Below, one piece after another: positions 27,290 to 40,724 of a stretch of 64,000 bases of DNA. The notes under the pieces are model-generated. The model was not told where the DNA came from. It saw only the letters and a list, made by a program, of their open reading frames with translations, and did no database searches. This DNA comes from Eledone cirrhosa. Taxonomy: Eukaryota. The translations under genes were made by a program, and so were the position numbers. Numbering within the stretch: position 1 is the first letter of the stretch; the number at the start of each line of letters is the position of its first letter. The stretch covers positions 27,838,001 through 27,902,000 of the forward strand of contig OZ024751.1 of assembly GCA_964016885.1 (NCBI GenBank). Direction: 5' to 3'.

Positions 27290-30200
27290 ATCCCCTCTAG
27301 TGCTGGTGGCACAAATAAAAGCACCCAGTCCATGCTGTAAAGTGGCACTGGTGTTAGGAAGGGCATCCAACCAGTGTATCAATGCCAAAACAATTATGAG
27401 GACAGCAACAAATATATAGGAACAACAAAAATATGAAGACGTCGCATCTCAGAGTTTCAACACTTAATGTTGGCACTCTCACAGGTAGATCTGGTGAAAT
27501 AGTGGAGATGCTGGAGAGAAGGCATGTGGATGGAGAGGTGCCTCTGCGAGACTAGTCGCAGGCAAACATCTTAGCTATAAGCTTTTCTGGGTAGGTAAGG
27601 ATGACGGGTTAGGGGGAGTAGGCATTTTTCTGGCTGAGAGATGGATCAATAAGACAATAGAGGTAGTTCGAGTTAATAATTGAATAATTAAGCTAGGATA
27701 GTTGTAGGCAGGAGACTACTGACAATCATCTCTGCCTATGCTCCCCAAGCAGGCCTAGGCAAAGAAGAGAAAGACTGCTTTTACGAGCAACTTTTACAAA
27801 CAGCTGCAATGACAGAGGACGGAGACATCGTTATGCTAGCAGGGTTTCTTCAATGGTCATGTTACAGGATGGTTACACTGGAGTACATAGTGGGCACGGT
27901 TACGGCTCAAGAAATGAAGAAGGAGTGAGACTTCTTGAATTTTGTGATGCAAGTACACTGACTATTTGCAACACTAACTTCCAGAAACCTGCCAACCACC
28001 TAATAACCTACAAATCAGGTGAGCACATAAGCCAGATTGGCTTGTTACTAGTTAGGCAGCGGGACAGGCAGATCGTGTCAAATACCAAGGCATACCCTGG
28101 GGAAGAATGTACCCCACAGCATAGGTTAGTCATTAATGATATCTCAGTAAGCAAGAGATGGAATGAGACATACAGGAAGGTATAGAGAAGAAAGGTCTGG
28201 AAGCTAAAAGACCTTTCACTAAAATACAAATTTAGGAAAGCCCTTCAAGATGTGTATGACGAAAAAGATGATGATTTAGAGTCGTATAACATAGATAATA
28301 ACTGGAATTTCTTACATGACAACTTACTGCAGGCTACTGATGAAACTTGTGGATGGAGCAGAGCTCCAACCAGACAGAGAGTGACCTGGTGGTGGAACAG
28401 CACAGTAGATAAGGCCATTAGAGACAAAAGACTAGCATGGAAGGCTTGAAAAAGGGTGGGAGTAAAAAAGGATATACAGCCGCTGAGAGAGAAGCTAGAC
28501 GTCAGGTGTACTTAGCACGCAGGGAGGCTGAGAGTAGGAGGTTTGCCAATGTTCTGCGATGGGAAGATCAGAGGTGTGCGGTGTTCCACATTGCAAGGCA
28601 GTGTGTCAATGCAAATCAGGATGTTGTTGGAGATAAATGTGTCCGGAATGATGCCGGTGTACTTAGTGTCACGAATGATCAGAAAAAGGAGGCCTGGAAA
28701 TGTCATTATGAGAGACTGATGAATGGGGAGAACGAATGGGAGAGAGAGAAATTACCCTCAGTAGATCTGACAGAGGGACCAGCTATTGAGATTGACGAAT
28801 ATAGGGTCCAAGAGGCGATTAAGGAAATGAAAAATGGTAAGGCTGCTGGACCATCGAGGATAGTTGCTGAGATGCTGAAGGCATTAGGGGACGTAGGCAC
28901 TAAACTGGTTGCACGCATCATCAATCAGGCTATATATGGTGGTGTCATACCCAAAGACTGGTGCAGCAGTATCCTCATAAATTGCTACAAAGGTAAAAGG
29001 GATGCTCTGGAGAGGAGCAATTATAGAGGTATAAAACTGATGGATCAGGTTATGAAAGTGGCAGATAGGATATTAGCACAACTAATTAGAGAAAGGGTCA
29101 AACAAGATGAGATGCAGTTTGGTTTTGTGTCTGGGGAAAAGTACAACAGATGCCCTCTTCTTGGTGAGACAATTACAAGAGAGGTTCTTAGAGAAGAATA
29201 AGCCACTATACTTAGCCTTTGTTGACCTAGAGAAGGCCTTTTATAGGGCACCCCGATCTGTCATCTGGTGGTCTCTAAGGAAACTAGGTGTTGAGGAATG
29301 GCTTGTGAGGACAGTGCAAACTTTGTACAGAGGTGCTGTCAGTAAAGTCAGAGTAGGAATGGAGTTTAGTGAGGAGTTCCAGATACAAGTAGGAGTACAT
29401 TAAGGTTCGATCCTCAGCCCGCTCTTGTTCATTATAGTCCTCCAAGCCATAACAGAGGAGTTTAAGACTGGCTGTCCATGGGAACTTCTTTATGCTGACG
29501 ATCTGGTTCTTATAGCAGCATCAGTAGAGGAGCTAGAGAATAAATTCTGGCTATGGAAACAGCAGTTGGAAGCAAGAGGACTGAGAGTGTACCTGGCTAA
29601 GACAAAAGTGTTGAAGAGTAGAAAAGAGGACAAAACTCTGATTCCGTCAGGGAAATGGCCATGTTCGATATGCAGAAAAGGAACTAGCATAAATTTTATA
29701 AAATGCACACAATGCAGATCATGGGTACACAAGAGATGTAGTGGGATAGCAGGCAAACTAACAGGTAGGGAGAAATACGTATGCAGTAGATGTACAGGGA
29801 AATTAGACAGTAGAAGTCGCATTGATAGACACATTTTTCAAATGCAGGCGGGTGCTATAGAAGTGGTGGATAGCTTCCGGTACCTAGGAGATCAGATTAG
29901 TATGGGAGGGGGTGTTCCGAGGCCATAGTATCTAGAATAAGGACAGGTTGGAAGAAGTTTAGGGAGCTGGTTCCTCTGCTGACGAAGAAGGGTTTCTCCC
30001 TGCGTATGAAAGGCCGGTTATATGATGCCTGTGTGAGGAGCGTGATGCTGCATGGTAGTGAGACATGGGCAGCAACTGCAGAGGATATGCGACGGCTGGA
30101 GAGAAATGAGGCAAGCATGCTCTGTTGGATGTGCAATGTCAATGTGCGTGAATGTGTTGATAGAGAAGCTGTGTCTGAGAGGGATAGAATGTAGTGTACG

Positions 30201-30468
30201 AGAGAGGAGACTGTGGTGGTATGGACATGTAATGTGCATGGAGGATGATCGATGGGTGAAGAAGTGCCAGGAAATGCCAGTTGAATGAAGACGTGGTAGA
30301 GGTAAACCACGAAATACATGGGCGGAGGTGGTGAGAACAGACCGCAGATCGCTGAAGCTCACGGTGGAGATGACAAAAGACTGTGACAAGTGGAGAGATG
30401 CTGTGCTGAATAAGACCCGTCCCACCCTTGCAAGCAGGGAAAAGCGGACGTAAAATGATGATGATGAT
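27290..30468 (+). mobile_element. RTE-clade LINE, near full length, frameshifted (APE endonuclease + RT + PHD-like finger, (ATG)n tail)
   Basis: 27433 MKTSHLRVSTLNVGTLTGRSGEIVEMLERR (APE start); NYRGIKLM, QFGF, AFVDLEKAF, YADD (29491), YLG; 3' end aaaagcggacgtaaaatgatgatgatgat; multiple stops and frameshifts. Confidence 0.95.
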
Positions 30469-30579
30469 ATATATTTATAGTTAGTTATTATATTGTAATT
30501 TTTTTAGCTATTAATTTGATATATTTTGTTAAAGTTTGACAGGTGTATCAATTTCTCTGAATACTTTATGTATATAAGA

Positions 30580-30654
30580 TTTAATATAGAAATTGCTTCT
30601 CCAGGACTAGAACAGTTTCATTTGAAGAAATCATCAGGGCTTTCCTGATGATTT
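30580..30654 (-). ncRNA. Degenerate hammerhead-like motif (family C) with inverted core copy
   Basis: Reverse strand CTGATGA tttcttcaaat GAAAC tgttcta GTC; second CTGATGA on + at 30645; homologous to 55140-55269; stem I pairing poor. Confidence 0.4.
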
Positions 30655-31054
30655 GCTTTGCTAGTTTTATATGAGAGCCATATGTTAAGTTATTTAATTA
30701 ATAATGAAATTATGAATACTTTGAATAAATCACTCCAAGTTCTTCAGTGACTAATTGAAATATAGTGTCAGTCCTTTGAAATGTGGTCACAAGAGTGTAT
30801 ATATTGCAGTGTATATTGTTTATAGTGTTTAGTTTCAGAATGTGTGAAGAAAGACTCCAGCAAATCTTCACTTGAAATTGTCATCTCCTGTTTGGGCTTT
30901 GTTTTGCTATAACTATCATCACCATCATTATTTTAACATCTACTTTCTCTGCTAGCAAGGGTTGGGATGGATCTACATAGACCAAGTCAGTACTGAAGCA
31001 GTGGTCTATGTAGACTATCTGTTACGAAATGTCAAAATCAGTCTTCCTCCCTAT

Positions 31055-31109
31055 TTGCAGGTTGGTGAGGCTATTTTCCATGGGAGTAAATAGCCTCACC
31101 AACCTGCAA
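31055..31109. repeat. 22-bp perfect hairpin
   Basis: ttgcaggttggtgaggctattt - 11-nt loop - aaatagcctcaccaacctgcaa. Confidence 0.9.
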
Positions 31110-31220
31110 CTGGCCAAACATGGCAATATGGCTACACCCTTGAAGTCATGACAAAAACCAAAAGTGTTGGAGGTTAACCAGGAAGAGGTTCCTCAATCAG
31201 GATTGAGAAAGCTTTGGATT

Positions 31221-31275
<55 letters not shown>

Positions 31276-31304
31276 GTTATGTAATAAAGATCATAAGATA
31301 ATTA

Positions 31305-31364
31305 TTTCATTTACCAGTGGTTTCTTGAAAGCAAACAAATCTGCTTTCAGTCGTCAGAATGAAA
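31305..31364 (-). ncRNA. Type I hammerhead ribozyme motif (family B)
   Basis: Reverse strand tttcatt-CTGACGA-c tgaaagcaga tttg tttgctttca a-GAAAC cactg GTA-aatgaaa. Confidence 0.78.
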
Positions 31365-31634
31365 AAATCCTGGTGTTTTTATTGAATGTGGATTTGAAAA
31401 TAAAAATATAAGAAATATGAAAGTGAGGTTCGGGGAAGAAGAAAAAAAATTATAAATATATAAGTATATAAACACACACACACACATATACATATGTATA
31501 TATATAAACATACATACACAAACACACACATATATATATATATATAAATATTTGCTCTACGGTTCTTATATATTTGATATATATTTATCCTTTTCGAGCC
31601 CTCTTTGGATTTTAGTCTTCAAATTTATTATTAT

Positions 31635-31683
<49 letters not shown>

Positions 31684-31818
31684 AAAGTTAAACAAGGTTC
31701 AATGAATACATCAAAGAATGAGTTTTACAATAGATTGGAAGCACTCAACAAGAGGGTTTTCCAGACTTATTCATATTAATTCTAAATATTAACAAAATAG
31801 ATATTCTTGTATCAAGTA

Positions 31819-31884
31819 TATTTTATTATACATATTTCAGAGGTACTGAGTTAAGTTCAACAGTACGTCCTCATCAGATAAAAC
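31819..31884 (-). ncRNA. Type I hammerhead ribozyme motif (family A)
   Basis: Reverse strand ttttat-CTGATGA-ggacgtactg..cagtacctct-GAAA tatgta TA-ataaaa; in an element spanning about 31681-31950 between (TA)n tracts. Confidence 0.78.
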
Positions 31885-32011
31885 AAGATGATGCATGACA
31901 TCCTGACATGGTAGATGGTTAAGATTCAGTCATGGTAGTTTGAATTAATATTATATATATATATATATACAATATATTAACAAATGGAAACTATATTTAT
32001 AAAACCATATT

Positions 32012-32058
32012 TATTTTATTATACATATTTCAAAGGCCACCTTTCATCAGATAAAATA
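32012..32058 (-). ncRNA. Type I hammerhead ribozyme motif (family A, short stem II)
   Basis: Reverse strand tattttat-CTGATGA-aaggtggccttt-GAAA tatgta TA-ataaaata. Confidence 0.75.
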
Positions 32059-32119
32059 CAATACAGATTTGTTTTATAAATAAATATTGACATACCCTGA
32101 AAAAAGACAATCTGTATTG

Positions 32120-32185
32120 TATTTTATCTGATGAAAGTGCACCATAATTTACCTTGGTAGCCCTTGAAATATGTATAATATAATA
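32120..32185 (+). ncRNA. Type I hammerhead ribozyme motif (family A)
   Basis: tattttat-CTGATGA(32128)-aagtgcacca..tggtagccctt-GAAA(32166) tatgta TA(32177)-atataata. Confidence 0.72.
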
Positions 32186-32989
32186 AATATGGTTTTATAA
32201 ATATAGTTTCTATTTGTTAATATATTGTATATTTACTCCACTAAGCTGTTGAGTGCTTTATATCAGTTATAAAAATGTTTAAGCTTGTTGAATCCCAACA
32301 AATTAAATATAACCTCTGCATATATATAAAATATACACACACATACATACATATATATACACATACACAATTATAAAAATAAACAAACATATACACACTC
32401 ACCATGCGCATATACTAAAATAAGCAGTTACATCAACTGGCCAAGATAAATCAGTAAAAAATAAAGTCAAATATAAAAATAAAAAATTAGCAAGTTGACA
32501 GCGATACGAAAGAAGAAAAAAAACACAAATAAAAATAAACAAACAAACCCACGTGGTCAGCAAATGCACAAAATAAAATAAATTTTGTGCATTTGCTGAC
32601 CACGTGTGTTTGTTTATTTATTTTTATTTGTGTTTTTTTTCTTCTTTCGTATCGCTGTCAACTTGCTAATTTTTTATTTTTATATTTGACTTTATTTTTT
32701 ACTGATTTATCTTGGCCAGTTGATGTAACTGCTTATTTTGGTATATGCGCATGGTGAGTGTGTATATGTTTGTTTATTTTTATAATTGTGTGTATATATA
32801 TGTATGTATGTGTGTGTGTTTGTGTATGTATGTATGTTTATATATATACATATGTATATGTGTGTGTGTGTGTGTGTGTGTTTATATACTTATATATTTA
32901 TAATTTTTTTCCTTCTTCCCTGAACCTCACTTTCATATTTCTTATATTTTTGTTTTCAAATCGACATTCAATAAAAACACCAGGATTTT

Positions 32990-33049
32990 TTTCATTCTGA
33001 CGACTGAAAGCAGATATGTTTGCTTTCAAGAAACCGCTGGTAAATGAAA
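32990..33049 (+). ncRNA. Type I hammerhead ribozyme motif (family B)
   Basis: tttcatt-CTGACGA(32997)-10-bp stem II tgaaagcaga/tttgctttca-GAAAC(33030) cgctg GTA(33040-42)-aatgaaa; 7-bp stem I, 3-bp stem III. Confidence 0.8.
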
Positions 33050-33143
33050 TAATTATCTTCTGTTGTTTATTACATAACTAATAAGCTCTGTAACCTACAT
33101 AGAGCACTCTTTTTTCCTGGACCTTTCCGACGGAATTACTTCA

Positions 33144-33145
<2 letters not shown>

Positions 33146-33192
<47 letters not shown>

Positions 33193-33502
33193 ATGTATAT
33201 GTGTGTGTGTGTGTGTATGTGTGTGTGTGTGTATGTATATGTGTGTGTGTATGTGTGTATGTATGTATGTGTGTGTGTATATATATGTATGTATATATAT
33301 ATAATGTGTGTATATATGTATGTATATATATATAATGTGTGTATATATATGTGTGTGTGTGTATATATATGTGTGTGTATGTATGTGTATATATATATGT
33401 GTATGTATGTGTATATATATATGTGTGTGTGTGTATATATATATGTGTGTGTGTATATGTGTGTGTGTGTGTATATATATATGTGTATATGTGTATATGT
33501 GT

Positions 33503-33577
<75 letters not shown>
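33146..33577. repeat. (TA)n/(TG)n compound microsatellite
   Basis: Directly visible. Confidence 0.97.
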
Positions 33578-33579
<2 letters not shown>

Positions 33580-34189
33580 TAGTATCTCTGCCTGTCATAT
33601 GAGCTAACTAAAAGGATTGGTACCAGGAAAGGCATCTGGCTGTAAAACCTGTGCCAGCACAGAAAAGTGGGCATGATGACAATGACTGTTATGTCTTAGC
33701 AATCATGCGGAGTGTTCTTTGTTGGCTTGACATGTAGGAGGTGTTGTGTGTGTGTGCTTTTGTGTTGATAGTTTATCTGAGAAAAGATAGCAATTGTTTA
33801 GTGATTGAGTTATTGATAGACTGGAAGTAGTGTTAGATAATATATATATATATAGATAATAAATACACACACACATATATATTATACATATCATTTACAC
33901 ACACACACACACACACACTCATTGGTACTGTTGTTGATATGCGAGACTCTATACTTTTCCTGCCTCCCTATCATAACAGAATAGATAACAATCTAGATAA
34001 GTTACTTAGTACAAAGCCAAACAGTTGGAAGTTGTCATATTTTTGATAATTTATCATGGCTGATAGTGAGTGCCTAGTATGTGCACAAGTGTTGTGAGTG
34101 AATATAATACATCCTGAGGACACAGCTTGAACCAATGGTTAAGACGTTCTAGGCTCCCAGGTTCGATCTTACTGTGTGGCATCTTGCTG

Positions 34190-34475
34190 CCATTGTTGTT
34201 GTTTTTCACCCACTTATTCCTGGGAAGGTCGTGGGGTGGCAGAGTCCTTAAACACTCATTCCAGTGGGTTCTGTAAGAAGCAACCGTCTCCAATTGGTCC
34301 AGCTGGATCCCCAAGCAAGACCAGCCAAGCTCATGGATGTTATCCAACCATCTTGCTCGGGGTTTACCTCTGGGTCTCCTACTGGTTGGTTTCACCCATA
34401 AAATATGTCCAGCAATTCCAGTAGGACCTGTCAAAAGCAATTGGCTCCAATTGATCCGGCAACAGACTGGCATCT
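34190..34475 (-). mobile_element. RTE (second family) 3' fragment
   Basis: ORF ...KPTSRRPRGKPRARWLDNIHELGWSCLGI... is a typical RTE C-terminus; ends in (AAC)n. Confidence 0.75.
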
Positions 34476-34687
34476 GATCATGGGTGAGTTAGTGTGCCTT
34501 TTGATGATAAGACTGCAGAGCCCCTATTATTAGAATACCCCTGAGAAACCTCCTGGGAGATGCAACCTCATATGAGACCAGCTAAACCTGTATTGGTGTG
34601 AGATGTAACAACAACAATAACTATAAAGTTAACAGCACTTGTTATTGTTTCGCTCCAGTTGTTTCTATTTGGAAAAACTAAAATATC

Positions 34688-34960
34688 TTCTTCACCTACT
34701 GAGAGGATCGTGGGGGCATAGTCCTCAAACACTCCTTCTAGCACGTTCTGTCAGGAGCAGCCGTCTCCAATTGATCTAGATGGATCCTCAAGCGTGACCA
34801 ACCGAACTCTTGGATGTTATCCAACCATCTTCCCCGGGGTCAACCACTGGGTTTCCTGCTGGTTTGGTTTTTGCCCGTAAAATTTGTCCAGAAATCCTTT
34901 CTTGAGACATTCCAGCCACATGCCTGTAATATCGAAGATGTGATCTCTCAATTTTTGATT
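34688..34960 (-). mobile_element. RTE (second family) 3' fragment
   Basis: Paralogous to 34200-34410 (ggatgttatccaaccatctt..cgggg shared). Confidence 0.7.
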
Positions 34961-35600
34961 ATTTTCAAATTATTTGAAAGTCATTGGCAGTGTTTTGCAT
35001 TAGAAATGTGGTAATGAAAGGGTTAATAATTTTAGTAGAACCCTTCAAATTCTTTATTAATAAAATGGAATATAGTGTATTCCATTTCGAAATATGGTCA
35101 TACATACATATATAACCTATACTCCTGAGAATGTCATATTTTCTCATTTCCTGACCCCTATAAACTCCCAAATTTATGATCTGACTCAGAAATTAATCAA
35201 TCAACCTTTATTGTACAACATTTGGCATTATTAGTCAAAATAATTTTGCCCTTTAGGCTACAAATTATATATGTATTATGTGATAAAATTATGGTGTACA
35301 TATTTTGGTTTTATTGCAGCTAATATTCATTATCTTAGCAGTAGGTTAGTTATTATTGATGTAACAACAAACACAAGTGTCTGTTGTTTATCAAGCCAGA
35401 CACGATATAATCTGATATATAAAACAGCAAACTGGGGGGAAATGTCTTCGTTTATTCCTCTGCCTTTGTGGTTATAACTGATACTGATAAAACAGCAGAC
35501 ATAGAGAACTGTCTGGACTCTCTCTCTCTCACTGTGTGTGTGTGTGTTTATATATATATATCATTACCGTTTAACATCCACTTTTCCACACTAGCATGGG

Positions 35601-35635
<35 letters not shown>

Positions 35636-35738
35636 TGGAAGTAGAGGACCTACTGCATGCTCAACGGTTTCTGCTAGTTATCTCTTATATAAATATATAT
35701 ATATATATATATATACATACATACACACAGACAGAAGG

Positions 35739-36011
<273 letters not shown>

Positions 36012-36839
36012 GAGAAGGTAAAAACTCAACCACTATGCCAAGCAGTTTCGGTTTGTATTCAGCAAACCTTTTTAAGCTTGGTGTCGCGGATGAATTCTTA
36101 CCTTCCTCTATACCCACTCTACTTCGTCCCATGTATAGAGTACTCCCCTGATTTGTGGTCTCCCCAGTCCCAGCACTGCAGGCTTTCTCTATATATATTT
36201 AGACTTAGGATTATAAAAAGCAGCTGGTATCATTAACCCTTTTGATATGAAGCTACCCTAATCCATCCCCACCCATTTTACATTCTATTGAGTGCAAACT
36301 GAAGGGTTCTCCCAACCCCTTGTTTGGCAAGCTTTCTGCAGCTAGATGCCCTTTCTAACACCAACCACTTTACAGCATGTACTGGGTGCGTTTCTTGTGT
36401 TGATCACCAATACTAGAGAGGTTGCTGTGTCTTTGATATAACTAAAGAGTCCTCTCAACCCTTTTAGGCATGGTTTCTGCAGTGGGGTGCCCTTCCTAAC
36501 ACTAACCACTCTTATGGAGTGTACCGGGTACATCACTAGAGAGGTTGTTGATCATATACCCAACTATATTATTCATTTTACTATTATGTGACTTAACCCT
36601 TTCTTTATTATATTTCTCATAAAAAATACTACAACTAATTTTATTTATTTATCTGAGATTTGGAACATCTCAACATCCTCAAATGATTTAGAAAATAGCC
36701 TAACATAGGTATGTTAATGAGAAAATTATATTACCATCTCGGTAATAACAAAAATATATTACGATAAATATGTGTCTGTGTGTTGATTTTCCCATAGCTG
36801 TCAGAGTAAATCCTCTCTGTTTAAGGGTTAGTTTGCCTC

Positions 36840-37100
36840 ATGGTCCCAGCGGACAGAATAGAGACATCCTGGACGAATGTAAAGGACACACACTGGAATG
36901 GCCACTCTGATAGCAGTGAGTAGGGTTGTGGTCCAAGGACCAAGAACACTGGAACTCTCCACTGCCACATGTTAACAGGTTTGTCAAGAAGGCAGTCCAC
37001 TCATGGGTCTCACTCATATAGATAGCCAACTGCACCCCAATACCAGTGAGCAGGGATGTAGTCGGATGAGCCAAGAATGCTGGAAGTTTTCACATGGACA
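36840..37100 (-). mobile_element. Possible LINE APE-endonuclease N-terminal relic
   Basis: Reverse ORF LTGIGVQLAIYMSETH...GSGEFQ...HCYQSGHS loosely resembles RTE APE (ALSE.R..GSGE...YWSG); GC-richer than flanks. Confidence 0.35.
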
Positions 37101-37542
37101 GATTGATGTGAAACCTTGTGGTATTAGATTAATGACTATGTTTTAATGTGTTGTTTTATACTTTTCATGAACTTTTTAATAATGTGGTTTCATGTGATAT
37201 AAAAATATGGAGCAGGGAATAGAAGTTAGTGGGTTGGTGAGAGTAGGGAGTGCAAATGATAGGGAAAAATGAAGAAGTTTGTTATGGGGGTTTGCCTACA
37301 ATGCTGAGCCCTGCTTTAGCAGGGGAAATGGCCTTAAAACTCTTGTTGTTATTGTTAATGTTGTAATTACATTCATCTTGCTATTATGTAGCTTGGCCCT
37401 TTTGATATCAAACCATCTTCAGTTCGATCAAACAAAACTCTTCATCATTATCATTTAACTGTTTATAATTATCTAAAAACCTTGCACCATAATTTTATGT
37501 AAGAACTTTTGTTAATGTTTGCTCCAAATACCAGCGTAACTC

Positions 37543-37753
37543 TTAACCCTTTAACATTTACTTTATATATACTAATGTATTTTCATACTAAAGACTTTAT
37601 CTCACATAATATTGAATCTATGAGATTTTGATATTATTTATTTTCAGAACTATAATTTAAAATAAGTATGAGTGGCCAGTTATGGCCAGTTTGAACAGAA
37701 AGAGGTGAGAGATTTCTGGTCGGATACAGCCGGTTTAAATGCTAAAGGGTTAA
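37543..37753. mobile_element. piggyBac-like MITE family 2
   Basis: TTAA|CCCTTTAACATTTA...TAAATGCTAAAGGG|TTAA. Confidence 0.8.
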
Positions 37754-40724
37754 TGTCCTGTACTGCATGAAACTGCTTTCTTGAAAAGCACAAAGCAACA
37801 CAGTTAAAACTTGTAATGTTTGCCCTAAAGCTGTTAATTTTTACAACTATTTGTCCATTAGTAATGTTATTATAAACACATGAATTAACAAACCTGTTTC
37901 TAAATATTACGGGGTGTTAAGAGTTAAGTGTTTAGATTGCTAAACTGTATAGTTACTTATTTCTTTTAGAACTGTTAAGAATTTACATAGCTGGTTCTTA
38001 GATCTGGCTTTGTAGCATTAATAAGCCGGTGAGAAAACCTCCTGTAGCTTTGTAGAATTAAACAGCCTACTTAGAGACAACATGACAACTAATAATTATT
38101 GTAAATATGAATTAAAAGAAGCACAAGATGATAGATCTGTGAGGTTTATATCAACTTAGCTAAATTACCTCTTTCTTGTGCTCGCATACATAGATATAAT
38201 TACTGCCACAAGAATCCACTTTTGCTTCTTATAATTTTATAACAACCCCGCCCACAAATCTTACCTTAGTTCACTTGGTAGAAGAAATATAGGTATTCAC
38301 AGTTGGGTAGTAGGCATCAAAAGAGTTTACCTGGCTAGGAAACAACACTAGATCATTATATTTAAAATAATCATGTATGATAGGTACTTATAAGTTTAAC
38401 CTTTATGATATAATATAAACTTATTTGACACTACACTTTGTTGTAATTCATATATCAGATACTGTTTTAACAGTGTATTACATATACTACATTACTAATG
38501 TGTTTGTGTGTTTTTGTGTATATATATTTTAAAATGAACACTTTTGAGAATACACTATGTGATATAGTAATTTTTATCCTAATTTTATGTCTGCTTTTCC
38601 ATGCTTACATGGGTTGGACAGGTCTTTCCACCACAGCCCATGCTCATCACAATCCTTGACTATTAAGCTGATGTTGGTGCATAGCTTAAAGTTTCTTTCA
38701 TAAAATGGTGAAAGAAGCTTTTTTTTAGATAAATATAAACACCTTAAAATAAACAAGTTAGTAATGTAGAACCAGGTAGCTTGGTATTAAGAGGGTTAAT
38801 AACATGTTTAATATTTCATTACTTAGGTATATTAGTCTAGTGAAAAGTATAATGTCTCCATTGTGTACAGTTAGGTGTTCAGGGTTAACCCCTTGAACAC
38901 AGTAATAGGCATAAACATTGTAAAATGCCTACTTTAAGAGGTAAGTGTCTTTTAAGGACCAGTACTTAACTATAACTTTATGGTGTCAGAAGCAGATTAA
39001 TGATAGGATACCTGTTTATTGCAGGTAATGTTCCAAGATGGTTTGTAATCATCATCATCAATATCATCACCATGATCATTATCAATAGTTTCATGTCTAT
39101 TATCACCACCACCAGCATCATCATCATCATTATCACCATCATTGTCATCATCATTATCATCACTATTTCATATTTTGATTTTCTATGGTTAGATGGATTG
39201 ACAAAGTTTGAGGCTATACCAGCAGGTCAGATGACCATATCTGTCTAATATGTAACATTTTGGCCTGGTTTCTATGACTGAATGACCTTCCTAATACCAA
39301 CCACTTCATAAGGTGGATTGGGTTCGTGTTCTCATGGCAACAGCACTATAATTTTACTCTTTGCTGTGCTGTGTATTTTATTGCGACACCAACACTTCTA
39401 CATTCCTATGTGAATGGAGTGCTGCACATTTTATTGTGGTACCAATACTACCACCTTACAGAGCGGCCTGGGTGCATTTTATTGTGGCACCAACATTTCT
39501 ACTTCCCAGTTTGAGCTGAACACATTACATTATGGTACCAGTACTACCACATTTCAACACCAGCGTGTTTGCATTTTTGGCCAAGCTGAGCAGACAGTGA
39601 TGGGAAGTGGGAATGAGTGAGGTTTGAACTGCTCATGGTGTGAGGGGTGTGGTGGCCTTAGGGTAAGTGAATGACATCTGGTGGTAATGTAGGGTGTGCC
39701 TGGCTTTCCATGCTGTCTAAAACACCCTTTCTTCTGCAAAGTAGGTTGATGACCATAGAGTAAAGGACTTTGTTGAAGAAAATAATATATGCATGTTGTT
39801 ATAGTTTGAATCTGTGACATGTTAGTTCAAAATCTGGACCATCTATCATTAAATAAAATATAAAATTGAGCCAGCAAGGGTCTCTACTCAGTTTCTCAAT
39901 CTGCTAGAAATAGCAGCCAAATTAGACTTTACAATCTTGAAAAGTAAAAGAAAGATAAAAATTTGGATAATTTTGGCTTAAATACATAATGCCCATGACA
40001 ACTAACTAAACTACGGAGCATAGAATTCAGTTTACCTGCTCAAATATATATCGCTATCATTGTCATCATTATCATTTAACTAGCATGGGTTAGATGAGTT
40101 GCCTCGTTGTGATATGTTAAATCAGGTGACCGTGTCTCGCTCATACAGAACTGTTTCTGACTTGGATTCTATGGCTGGATGCCCTTCTTAATACCAACCA
40201 CATTTATAGTGTGACCATATCCATTTAGTTATTTCACTTCTCTAATGTGAACTATTGGATGGTATCTAAAGTTTGGGAAATACTTCTACTTTTTTTCTTT
40301 TCTGTTATTAAGCCTTACCACTCGTTCTTTGATAGAAAGTTCTTTGTTTTAAAACCTTTCATCATAATTTTACATAAGAAACTTTGTTAAATGATGTTCC
40401 AAATACCACTAATAATAAGGTAGTTGATTATATTATTGAATCTCTCCAAATTCCTGATATTTGTCAAAAGTATTTGAAAATTATAGACAGTGCCTTTCAT
40501 TAGAAATATAGTAACAAAAGGGTTAAAAGAAAACCACCATCTTTTAGATTTTCTTTCTTACCTGGCACCAAAATTAATGATGATTTGTTGATGATAGAAA
40601 TGGTATGTAACCCAAATGACACCAAGCTGCTGCTGGTTCTATTAAACAACACCATTTATTTTTAAAGGTTCCTATATAAATTGAAATCTTCCAAAATAAT
40701 TTGTTACAAATACCATCCTATTAA

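Larger units (their letters stand above)
31273..33080. mobile_element. Large palindromic hammerhead-bearing element (~500-bp arms) with nested insertions
   Basis: 31273-31530 plus 32331-32574 are the reverse complement of 32582-33080; 7-nt loop at 32575-32581; left arm interrupted at a (TA)n tract by other elements. Confidence 0.85.
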
